Source of the DNA: an uncultured Actinomycetes bacterium
GTDB taxonomy: Bacteria > Actinomycetota > UBA4738 > HRBIN12
DNA: 64,000 bases
Direction of reading: 5' to 3'
Assembly (NCBI GenBank): GCA_963796725.1
Contig: CAWCMT010000012.1
Location: 2,026 to 66,025 of the forward strand
The notes beneath the pieces are model-generated. The model made no database searches, was not told where the DNA came from, and was given only the letters and a program-made list of their open reading frames with translations. This document shows, piece after piece, positions 42,785 to 52,909 of the stretch (positions are counted from its first letter, which is position 1; each line of letters begins with the position of its first letter). The position numbers and the translations under genes are program-made.

Positions 42785-43167
42785 TGGCCACGACGACGAA
42801 GGTCAACGGGCTCGGGCGGCTCCCGCACGCGCACGTGGCATATGGACCTCGCTCACCGGCGTGGCGCTGCTGGTCCTGGTGACGGTGCACATGGTCGCCA
42901 ACCACTTCGTGGTCGAGGAGGTGGGCGGGCTCCGCACCTACCAGCAGGTGCTCGACTACATCGGCAACCCCCTGATCTTCGTGCTGGAGATCGTCTTCCT
43001 GGTCGTCGTGACCGTGGCACGCGATGCTCGGCCTGCGCTCCGTCCTGTTCGACTTCGGGCTGTCCGAGCGCTCCCGGCGCCTCGCGAACCGCGGGCTCGC
43101 GGTGCTGGGCGTCCTCACGGTGGCCTACGGCATCGTCCTGATCAGCATCCTGGCGTCGAGGGCCTGA
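42784..43167 (+). CDS. SdhD-like hydrophobic membrane anchor
   Basis: 'WTSLTGVALLVLVTVHM', 'TYQQVLDYIGNP', 'HAMLGLRSVLFDF', three helices; frameshifts ~42835 and ~43015. Confidence 0.78.
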
Positions 43168-43176
43168 GAGGCCGCC

Positions 43177-45684
43177 GTGGTCGGGATCGTCATCGTCTCC
43201 CATAGCTTCCGCATCGCCGAGGGCGTCGCCGAGCTGGCGCGCGAGATGGGCGGGCCCGACGTGCGCCTGGAGACCGCGGGGGGCCTGGACATGCCCGAGC
43301 ACCCGATCGGGACGGACGCCGCCCTGGTGATGGCCGCGATCGATCGCGCGTGGTCCGAGGACGGCGTGCTGGTGCTGATGGACCTGGGCAGCGCCGTGCT
43401 CTCCGCCGAGATGGCCCTGGAGTTCCTCGACGAGGATCGGCGCGGCAAGATCCTGCTCTGCGAGGCGCCGCTGGTGGAGGGCGCGGTCTCGGCCGCGGTC
43501 ACGGCGAAGATCGGCGCCTCGCTCGAGGCGGTGGCGGCCGAGGCGCGCGGCGGCCTCGCCGGCAAGATCGCCCACCTGGGGATCGAGCCCGATCGGGCCG
43601 CTGCGTCGGCGGAGGCGATGAGGGCGACGCCGGGGAGGAGGTCGCGGCCCGCCTGAAGGTCCGCAACCCTCACGGCCTGCACGCGCGCCCCGCGGCGCGG
43701 TTCGTCCAGACGGCCTCGGGGTTCGACGCGCGGGTGAGCGTCCTCGACCTCACGAACGGGCGCGGGCCCGCCGACGCCGCCAGCCTGAACGGCGTGGCCA
43801 CGCTGGGGGTGGCGCGCGACCACGAGATCGAGGTGCGCGCGTCGGGGCCGAGGCGGCCGAGGCGATCGAGGCGCTGCGCGCGCTCGCGGACCGCGACTTC
43901 GACGAGGGACCCGAGGCCGAGGTCGAGGCCGCGCCCGGCGTGCCGGATGCGGCCGGGCTCGCTGGAGCCGGCCGAGCGCCGGGACCGTGCGGGGGTTCGC
44001 GGCCTCGCCCGGGCATCGCGCTCGGGCGCGGCGCGGCGCTTCCACGTGGAGGACCCCGAGATCCCCGACGTCGCCGCGAGCGACCCGGCCGCCGAGCTGG
44101 CGGCCCTGGAGCGCGCGATCGGTGAGACCGCCGTGGACATCCGCGCCCAGCGCGACCAGGTGGCCGCGCGTGCCGGTGAGGCCCAGGCCGCGATCTTCGA
44201 CGCGCACCTGCTGTTCCTGCGCGACGAGGCGCTGCTGGCGCCCGCGCCGGCGCTCGATCCACGCCTACAAGCGCACTGCCGCCCAGGCCTGGCGCGGCGT
44301 CGGTCCACGAGACCGCGGCGGCCTGGGACGGCCTGGACGACGAGTACCTGCGGGCGCGCGCGGCGGACCTGCGGAGCGTGGGCGCCCAGGTCCTGGCGCA
44401 CGTGCTGGGCCTGCCGGTCCCCCGCCCCCACCTGGAGGCCCCGGGGATCCTGGTGGCGGAGGACCTCACACCCGCCGACACCGCGGGACTGGACCCGGAG
44501 GCGACGCTCGGGATCGCGACGGCGCGCGGCGGACCGACGTCGCACGCCGCGGTGCTCGCCAGGGCGCATGGGCATCCCCGCCGTGGTGGCGCTGGGCGAC
44601 GCGCTGGGCGAGGTGCAGGAGGGCACCGCCGTGGCGCTCGACGGCGACCGCGGGCTCCTGCTGATCGAGCCCGCCGAGGCGGAGCGGGCGGCGTTGGAGG
44701 AGATCCGCGACCGGCGCGCGGCGCGAGGTGGCGCGAGCGCGGGCCGTGGCGGCCGGTCCCGCGGTCACGGTGGACGGCGCGACGATCGAGGTGGCGGCGA
44801 ACATCGGCACACCCGCGGAGGCCGCCGGGGCCGTGGCCGCCGGCGCGGACGGCGTGGGGCTGTTCCGGACGGAGTTCCTCTTCATGGGCCGCGACGCGAT
44901 GCCCGACGAGGACGAGCAGACCGCGGCCTACGTCGCGGCCGCCGAGGCGCTGGCGGGGCGTCCCCTGCTGATCCGCACGCTGGACGCCGGCGCCGACAAG
45001 CCGATCCCCTACCTGGGCCAGGACCCGGAGGCGAACCCGTTCCTGGGGGTGCGCGGCCTGCGGCTGGGGCTGGCGCGTCCGGAGCTGCTGGCGGCGCAGC
45101 TGCGCGCGGTCGTCCGCGTCGCCGAGGCGGGACACCGGATCCGCGTGATGTTCCCGATGGTGGCCACGCTGGACGAGCTCCTGGCGGGGCGCGCCGCCCT
45201 GGAGGAGGCGCGAGGCCGCACGGGGTCCGGCGGCGCGGCTCGAGGTCGGCATCATGATCGAGGTGCCCGCCGCGGCCCTGAACGCCGCCGCGCTCGCCGA
45301 GCACGTGGACTTCTTCTCGATCGGCACGAACGACCTGACGCAGTACACCGCTGGCCGCCGACCGCGGGAACGAGCACGTGGCGGCCCTCAACGACCCGCT
45401 GCACCCGGCGGTGCTGCGCCTGATCCGGGCGACCGTGCAGGGCGCGGAGATCCACGGCCGCTGGGTGGGCGTCTGCGGCGAGCTCGCGGCTGACTCCGGC
45501 GACGCCGCTGCTGCTGATCGGGCTGGGCGTCACGGAGCTCTCGATGAGCGCGCCGGCGGTCGCCGCGGTGAAGGAGGCGGTGCGCGCCACGGAGACGGGC
45601 GCCGCGCGGCGGCTCGCCGACGCGCGCCCTGGCGTGCGCGAGCACGGCCGGAGGTGCGGGCGTGCTCCTGCCCGGGCGTGCTGA
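43177..45684 (+). CDS. dhaM: DhaM(EIIA)-HPr-Enzyme I multidomain phosphotransferase (multiple frameshifts)
   Basis: 'IVIVSHS' and 'MDLGSA' (EIIA), 'HGLHARPAA' (HPr), 'TSHAAVLAR', 'GLFRTEF', '[10 protein letters not shown]', 'MIEVP', 'SIGTNDL', 'GVCGE' (complete EI). Confidence 0.88.
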
Positions 45685-45717
45685 GGGACCGTCGCTGCTA
45701 CGATGCGGCGCACCGCT

Positions 45718-46297
45718 GTGACCACCGCCGACGACGCGCCGCCGCGTTCCTCACGTTCATCACGTACCTGCGCATCGCGCTCACCCCGGTCGTGATGGCG
45801 TTGATCATCTGAACGCCGATCGCTGGAGTCCTGGGCGATCCCCGTCGCCGCCGTGCTGTTCGCGTTCGCGGCCCTCACGGACTTCTTCGACGGACGGCTC
45901 GCGCGCCGATGGAAGCAGACCACCTCGCTCGGCAACTTCCTGGACACCACGGCGGACAAGCTCCTGGTCTCCGGCGTGCTCGTCGCCCTGGTGCAGGCGG
46001 GCCGCGCCTCGGCGTGGGCGGCGTTCATCATCATCGGCCGCGAGCTCGCTGATCCTGGGGCTGCGCGGCGCGGTCTCGGCGGCCGACGGCACGGTCGTGA
46101 AGCCCTCGATCTGGGGCAAGCTCAAGGCCAACGTCCAGTTCCTCGCGATCCTGCTGGCGATCTGGCAGCCGGACGTCACGATCGGGTCGTGGCGGCTCGA
46201 CCAGGTCGGGATGGCCGTCGCCGTGGCCGTCACGATCGCCTCGGGCGTGGAGTACGTCGCGCGGTTCGGGAGCGTCCTGGCCGGCCGGGACGGCTGA
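45718..46297 (+). CDS. pgsA: CDP-alcohol phosphatidyltransferase (PgsA-like), frameshifted
   Basis: 'ITYLRIAL.P', 'TDFFDGRLARR....SLGNFLDTTADK', 'GRE', 'WGKLKA..Q'. Confidence 0.82.
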
Positions 46298-47285
46298 GTG
46301 GGGCCCGCCTTCATCACGGGCGCCAGCGGCTTCGTGGGCGGGGCCGTCCTGCGGCACCTGACGGTCCGCAGGCCGCGAGGTCCGCGCGCTGGCGCGCAGC
46401 GACGCCGCGGAGGCGTCGCTCCGCGGGGCCGGCGCGCGCCCGCAGCGGGGCGACCTCTTCGACCAGGAGGCCTGCTGGTCGGCATGCGCGGCTGCTCGAC
46501 CGTCTTCCACGTGGCGGGGGTCAACGCGAACTGCCTGCGCGACCCGCAGCCCATGATCCACGTCAACGTCGAGGGCACGGCCAGCGTGATCCGGGCGGCG
46601 GCCGCGGCCGGGGTGCGCGCGGTTGATCCACACGTCGTCGGCCTCGGCGATCGGCGAGGCCGCCGGCGTCGTGGGACGCGAGGACACGCCGCACCGCGGG
46701 CACTTCCTCTCCGACTACGAGCGCTCGAAGTTCCTCGCCGAACGGCGGGCGCTGTCGCTGGGTGAGGAGCTGGGGATCGAGGTCGTCTGCGTCAAGCCGT
46801 CGTCGGTGCAGGGGCCGGGGCGAACCGAGGGCTCCGCCCGCTTCTTCATCGACCTGCTGAACCGGCGCCGTCCCCCCGTCGTCGAGACCTGGGTCTCCGT
46901 GGTGGACGTCGACGACTGCGCGGCGGGGCACCTGCTGGCGGAGTCCGCGGGCGTGCCCGGGCGCCGCTACCTCCTGAACGGCACCAGCCTCACCACGGCG
47001 GAGGCCGTCGAGCTCCTGCGCACCGTGGCCGGGCGCCCCGAGCACGTCCTGCGGATCCCGCGCGGCAGGGGTCCGGATCGCGGGGAGCCTGGCGGGGGCC
47101 TGGGGGCGCCTCTCGCGGCGCCAGGTCCCCTTTGCCCCGAGGTGGCGCGCACGATCCTGCACGGACATCGCTACGACGGCTCCCTCGCCGAACGCGAGCT
47201 GGGCCTGCGCTACCGCCCGGCCGAGGAGACGGTCCGCCGCACGCTGGCGTGGTACGCCGACCGGGGCATCGTCCGCCCGGCGTAG
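46298..47285 (+). CDS. NAD-dependent epimerase/dehydratase (HpnA/dihydroflavonol-reductase-like), frameshifted
   Basis: 'ITGASGFVG', 'VFHVAG', 'NVEGT', 'HTSS', 'YERSK', '[10 protein letters not shown]'. Confidence 0.82.
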
Positions 47286-47329
47286 GATGACGCCGCACCG
47301 GTTCCCGCACGACCTCAGGGAGGACTCTG

Positions 47330-48323
47330 ATGACCGACGCCGCACGACCCGACCGCAACCTCGCGATGGAGCTGGTCCGCGTGACCGAGGCCGCCGCGCT
47401 GGCCGCCGGGCGCTGGATCGGCCACGGCGACAAGATCGCGGCCGACGGCGCCGCCGTGGACGCCATGCGCCTGATGATCGACACCGTCTCGATGCCGGCA
47501 CGGTCGTGATCGGCGAGGGCGAGAAGGACGAAGCGCCCATGCTCTTCAACGGCGAGGAGGTCGGCAACGGGGACGGGCCCGGGACCGACGTGGCGGTCGA
47601 TCCCGTCGACGGCACCACGCTCACCGCGTGGGGCAGCCCAACGCCCTCGCGGTGATCGCGCTGGCCGAGCGCGGGACGATGTTCTTCCCGGGCGCGGCCG
47701 TCTACATGGAGAAGATCGCCTGCGGCGCCGGAGGCGGCGGAGGCCATCGACATCACTGCCCCCCGACGAGAACGTGCGGCGCGTGGCCAAGGCCAAGGGC
47801 GTGCATCCCGAGGACATCGCCGTGACCGTCCTGGATCGCCCGCGCCACGCCGAGATCGTCGCGTCGATCCGCAGCGTCGGCGCCCGCGTCTACCTCATCT
47901 CCGACGGCGACGTGGCGGGCGCGATCGCGGCGGCGGCGCCCCGCACCGGCATCGACCTGCTCTACGGGATCGGCGGGACGCCCGAGGGGGTGATCGCGGC
48001 GGCGGCGCTGAAGTGCCTGGGCGGCGCGATCCAGGGACGCCTCTACCCGCGCGACGACGCCGAGCGCGCGACCGCTGGTCGACGAGGGACTCGACCTGGA
48101 CGCCGTGCTGACCACCGACGATCTCGTCAGCGGCGACGACGTCTTCTTCGCCGCCACCGGCATCACGGACGGCGCATTGCTGCGAGGCGTCCAGTACTGG
48201 TCCGACGGCGCCACCACCTACTCCATGGTGATGCGGTCGCGTTCGGGCACGGTGCGCTACGTCGAGGCGCACCACCAGTTCGAGAAACTCGAACGATTCT
48301 CCTCGATCGCCTACCGTCGCTGA
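47330..48323 (+). CDS. glpX: Class II fructose-1,6-bisphosphatase (frameshifted)
   Basis: '[19 protein letters not shown]', '[14 protein letters not shown]', 'DPVDGT', 'SDGDV', 'GIGGTPEGV', 'FAATGITDG'. Confidence 0.93.
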
Positions 48324-48410
48324 GCATGGCTCGGGCCGTCGCCACCCCTTGGTAATCCGTGCCATTTCGCGTATCCTTCACGCAACTTCAGCACCCATGG
48401 GGGGAACGGC

Positions 48411-48686
48411 ATGGCGGAGACGAACGATCCTGGTATGCGACACGTGCGGGCAGGCCCGCGGCGGAGACCGTCACGATCAAGCGTCGAGCGGGGCAACTTC
48501 GTGAAGGACCTGTGCGGCACCCACGTCAACGAGCTCCTGTCGGGCGCCCGCAAGCCCCGTCCCGGACGGCGCAAGGGCGTCGCCGCCGCCTGCCGCGGCA
48601 GCCCCGCCGCCAAGCCGGCGAAGAAGACGACGGCCGCCGCGCCGAAGAAGCGCGGCCGCCCCCGGAAGACCCCCGCGGCGTCCTAG
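48411..48686 (+). CDS. Small basic Lsr2-like nucleoid-associated protein with AT-hook tail
   Basis: Removing three single-base insertions gives MAERTILVCDTCGRPAAETVTIKVERGNFVKDLCGTHVNELLSGARKPRPGRRK...PAKKTTAAAPKKRGRPRKTPAAS. Confidence 0.65.
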   Translation: MAETNDPGMRHVRAGPRRRPSRSSVERGNFVKDLCGTHVNELLSGARKPRPGRRKGVAAACRGSPAAKPAKKTTAAAPKKRGRPRKTPAAS

Positions 48687-48898
48687 CGCTTCGCCGGCGT
48701 AGACGCCCTTCCCCGCACGCTCCACCGCGCCTTCGGCGTACAGCGCGCGCAGCGCGCGCTGTACGGCCTGCGGACGTCGGGCGTCGTGAACGGGTCCAGC
48801 CAGGCCCGCGCTTGAGCGCGCGGTCCTGGATCACGGTCCAATGCAGCGGCTCGCCGGCCTCGTCCAGCACGGCCACGCACGGCCTCCCGCACCTCCAC
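48683..48898 (-). CDS. Small winged-helix protein (HARE-HTH-like), frameshifted
   Basis: Reconstructed as MEVREAV.AVLDEAGEPLHWTVIQDRALKRG.LDPF...ALYAEGAVERAGKGVY. Confidence 0.55.
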   Translation of the reverse strand: MEVREAVRGRAGRGRRAAALDRDPGPRAQARAWLDPFTTPDVRRPYSARCARCTPKARWSVRGRASTPAKR

Positions 48899-48901
48899 GC
48901 G

Positions 48902-49911
48902 CTAGCTCCGCGAGCGGGCGCCAGCACGCGATGTCGCGAACAGATCCAACATGCTCGGGCTCGGGGATCGCGAACGGCAGCACCCACGGCGCCACGACGA
49001 TCTCCTCGACCCCCAACGCCTCGAACTCCCGGACCCGTTCGATGACCTGCGCGGGCGTGCCCGAGAGCGTGTCCGCGCACCATCCCTCGTAGGTATCGGC
49101 GTCCATCGCGCCCCCCGGCATCGCGGCGCGTCCACGCTCGAACGCCGCACGCGCCGCTGCCTCGTCCTCCCCGATCAGGCTGTAGAGACCGATCGATCGA
49201 TGGAACGTGGCGGGATCGCGGCCCACGTCCTCGCACGCTGCGTTCGACGGCCTCGCATGCGTCCCGCGTACCGGCCCGGGGCCACCCGCCACACGACGTT
49301 CCATCCCGTGCCGTGGCGGGCCGCGAGCGCGCAGCAGCCGCGGCCCGCCCTTGCCGCCCACCCACACGGGGATCCGCTCCTGCACCGGCGGGGGCAGCAA
49401 GCGCGCGCCGCGCAGCGTGACGGTCGGGTCCGTCGAACGTCGACCGGCGCCCCCGAGCCCATCGCGTCCAGGACCGCCAGCGTCTCCTCCAGGATGTCGA
49501 ACCGCTCGCCGAGCGTGCCGAACCGGTAGCCGAAGGCGGCGAACTCCGCCTCCAGCCAGCCCGCTCCGAGGCCGAGGTCGAGCCGCCCGCCGCGAGATGC
49601 CGTCGATCGTGGCCGCCATCTTCGCCAGGAGCGCCGGATGCCGGAACGAGCGCGCAGAGCACCAGCGCGCCCAGGCGGACGCGCTCGGTGACGGCCGCCA
49701 GTCCGGCGAGGGCCGTCAGCGGCTCGAGCGACGCGATCGGCGCCGGGTCGGCGCCGTAGCGGGCGAACGAGTAGAAGAAGTGATCGGAGACCCAGACCGA
49801 GTCGAAACCCGCGGCCTCGGCCCGCCGGGCCCACGCCGCCATGGCCTCGAACGTGATGGGTTCCCCCGGGAGCGAGAATCCGTAGTGCGGCAGGCTCAGA
49901 CCGAAACGCAT
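48902..49911 (-). CDS. Luciferase-like (LLM) flavin/F420-dependent oxidoreductase, frameshifted
   Basis: 'MRFGLSLPHY', 'GFDSVWVSDHF', 'AAVTERVRLG', 'GRLDLGLGAGW', 'PVWVGGKG'. Confidence 0.88.
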
Positions 49912-49945
49912 GCCCGGCAGGATACCGACGCGAGGGCGGCGGACG

Positions 49946-50761
49946 CTACGGGCTGGGCGAGGACAGCGGGGCCCGCGTGGCGAGCGCCCCGCCGCAGGAG
50001 CGACGTGCCCGTTCGCATCGACGACGGCGACGCGGTCGGTACACGGCGAGATCCCGATCGAACTGCTGCGAGAGCATGGCGCCCCCGCCGGAGTCCAGCG
50101 ACGGTGATCTTCCCGACCGACAGCGCACGGTGAGGTCGGGCTCCGCAGAGTAGACGGTGTACGGGCAGCGCCGCGGGCTTGGCCGCCGGCAGGCCGTCCA
50201 CCATCACGACGGCCATGTCGATGTAGTCGCGGGCGAGACGAGGGTGAAGGCCGAGCCGCCTCCCGGTGCCGTCGGCGCCGGGGGCCAGCGTGCCGATGAA
50301 GACCTCGCTCCGTCGGATCGGCGAACTCCAGGTTGTTGATGTAGCGGATGTACCTGGCCTCGGCGGCGGAGCGCTGCCGCCCGTGACTCCGTGGCCTGCT
50401 GCTCGGAGCGCGCCGCCTTGCCCGCCATGACCGCGCCCCAGCCCAGGCCCGATACCGCCACCATCGCGGCCACCACGGCCGCGACCGCGAGCCGTCCCGC
50501 GGCGCCCCGCAGCATGGCACGTTCCCGCACGGCGCGCCTGCCCCTGCACCAGCTCGACGACGCGATCCTCCAGCTCGGGGGCGGGCTCCGCGGGGGCCGG
50601 CGGCGAACGCCAGGACCGCGGCGGCGTCGCGTCAGCTCCCCGGACCTCCTTCCGGCAGGCGGCGCACCACTGCAGTGCCGGTCGACCTCGGCGGCCTCCC
50701 GCGCGTCCAGCACCCCCAGCGCCCGCTCGGGGAGCCGCTCGCGTACGTCCGCGCAGGTCAC
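49946..50761 (-). CDS. Zinc-finger (zf-HC2) anti-sigma factor with TM helix, frameshifted
   Basis: 'TCADVRERLPERALGVL...EVDRH..WCAAC', TM 'LAVAAVVAAMVAVSGLGWG'; immediately downstream of the ECF sigma. Confidence 0.72.
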
Positions 50762-51331
50762 AGGCTCCTTCCCCTCGTTCGCCCGGCGCACCTTGATCAT
50801 GGCCGCCCGCAGGCGGGTCTTGACCGTGCCCAGCGGGATGCCGTCGGCCTCGGCGATCTCCCGGGCGGTCTGCCCGCGGAAGTACGCGCGCAGGACCAGC
50901 CGGCGCTCCGCGGAGCCGACAGCGAGTCCAGGGCCCGCATCGCCGTGTCGCGCTCCATCAGCACCGCCTCTTCGTCGATGCCGGGGGCGTCGGGGACCTC
51001 GTCGACCAGCACCAGCGTGGGGCGCGTGACGCCCGTCTCGCGGCGGAGGCGGTCCACGGCGAGGTTGTGCGCGATCGTCATCAGCCACGTCGACAGCCGA
51101 TCCGCGCGAAGGGTCGAACCGAGCGGCCTTGCGCCACGCGGTGAGGAACACGTCCTGGGTCAGTTCCTCGGCGGCCTCGCGCGTGCCGAGCAGCCGCAGG
51201 CCCATCCCGTACACGGGTCGTCCGAACCGCGCGTAGAGCGTGCGGATCGCGTCGTCGTCTCCGGCGAGCAGGCCTTCCATCAGCTGCTGTTCCTCTTTCG
51301 GGAGGAGCGGTCCGTCATGCCGAGCGTTCAC
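50758..51331 (-). CDS. ECF sigma-70 factor (SigK-like), frameshifted
   Basis: 'AEELTQDVFLTAWRKAARFDP', 'TIAHNLAVDRLR', 'AYFRGQTAREIA...IPLGTVKTRLR'. Confidence 0.88.
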
Positions 51332-51489
51332 TCGGGTCCCTTCCGATATACGCGCGCAGCGGGGGCCGAGGCTTGACGGCCTCACCCGCCCGGACGAGCC
51401 CAGGTCGTCCGGTGCCTTCCAAGGGGTTCGACGAGAGCGTACGCTCGGTTCTCACGGGTGCAAACCCCCGGAGGACCGGACCCCCCGAC

Positions 51490-52909
51490 ATGCGACGAAC
51501 GGCGCGGATGCGGATACATGGACGGCGCGGACACGCCGGCGTCCGCCTGGGCACGCGGATCGCCGTCGCCTCTGCCGTCGTGCTCGCCCTCGGGGCGGCC
51601 GGCTGGTCCGGCGCCGCGGCCGCCCAGACCTCCTCGGCCGACACGGTGGTGCGCGTGCACCTCGACGGCGTCGTCGATCCCTTGGTGGCCGACTACCTGG
51701 ACGGCGCGATCGGCCGCGCCGCCTCCGCCGGCGACCAGGCGGTGCTGCTGGAGATCGACACCCCAGGCGGGCTGGTGTCCTCGATGCGTCAGATCACGCA
51801 GTCGATCCTCAACGCCGACATCCCGGTGATCGGCTACGTGGCGCCGCAGGGCGCCCGGGCCGCCTCGGCCGGCGCGTACGTCCTGATGTCGACGCCGGTC
51901 GCGGCCATGGCCCCCGGGACGAACGTCGGCGCCGCCACCCCGGTCGGCCTGAACGGGGCGATCGGCTCGGAGAAGGCGGTGAACGACGCGGCGGCGTCGA
52001 TGACGAGCCTGGCGGAGCAACGCGGACGCAACGCCCAGCTCGCGGCGAGCTTCGTGACGGATGCCGTCAGCATCTCCGCCCAGCAGGCCCTCGACGAGAA
52101 CATCATCGACCTGATCGCCGGGAACGAGACCGAGCTGCTGAACGCCGTGGACGGGACCCAGGTGATCCTCGCGAACGGCACGTCGGTGACCCTGGCGACC
52201 GCGGGGGCGACCGTCGTCGACGAGTCGATGGGCGGCTTCACCGGGTTCCTCCACAGCTTGCTCGACCCCAACCTCGCCTTCCTGTTCTTCTGGCTCGGCC
52301 TGGCGCTCATCGTCCTGGAGCTGCTCGTGCCCGGCCACATCTTCTCCGGCACGGTCGGCACGATCCTGCTGATCCTGGCTTTCGTGTCCTTCGGCCTGCT
52401 GCCGGTGCGTCTGCTGGGGCTCCTGCTGCTGGTGGGCGCCGTGGTCGCGTTCATCGCCGAGGCGGCCAAGCCCGGCCTGGGGGTCTGGGGCGTGCTGGGG
52501 CTGATCTTCCTCGTGCTGGGCGGGTGGTTCCTCTACGACCGTGCGGGCGGCGGGGGCGTCTCGCCCTGGGTGATCCTGCCCGTGGCCGCGGGCATCGCCC
52601 TGTTCTTCGGCGTCGCCATCACCAAGGTGCGCGCGATGCGCAACCTGCCGCCGCTCCCCCTGGGACCGGAGGCCGTCGTCGGCCGCGAGGGCGTGGCGCT
52701 GAGCAGCGGGCTGAACCCGAAGCGGGGTCGTCCGCGTGGACGCCGAGGAATGGCACGCCGTATCGTCCGGCGGGAGGATCCCGGGCGGCGCGAGGGTCCG
52801 CGTCACGCGGCTCGACGGGCTGGTGCTCACCGTCGAGCCTGTCGACAGCGAGCACGCCCCGGCCGCGGCGCCGCCGATGCCGGGCGTCGAAGGAGGGAAC
52901 GCTCCATGA
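51490..52909 (+). CDS. nfeD: NfeD long form (ClpP-like serine protease + membrane domain + OB fold)
   Basis: 'IDTPGG', 'YVAPQGARAASAG', 'MAPGTNVGAATPV', 'RGRN', TM bundle, C-terminal 'G.VRVDAEEW.A'. Confidence 0.88.

Noticed and set aside
42027-43205. Apparent SdhB-SdhC(-SdhD) fusion
   Set aside because: Junctions have ATGA/TGATG overlaps preceded by G homopolymers with RBS-like GGAG. One-base errors explain the read-through, though reads should confirm this.
50204-51385. Apparent ECF sigma-anti-sigma fusion
   Set aside because: GTGA overlap at 50758-50761 in an indel-rich stretch; the usual two-gene arrangement is more parsimonious.
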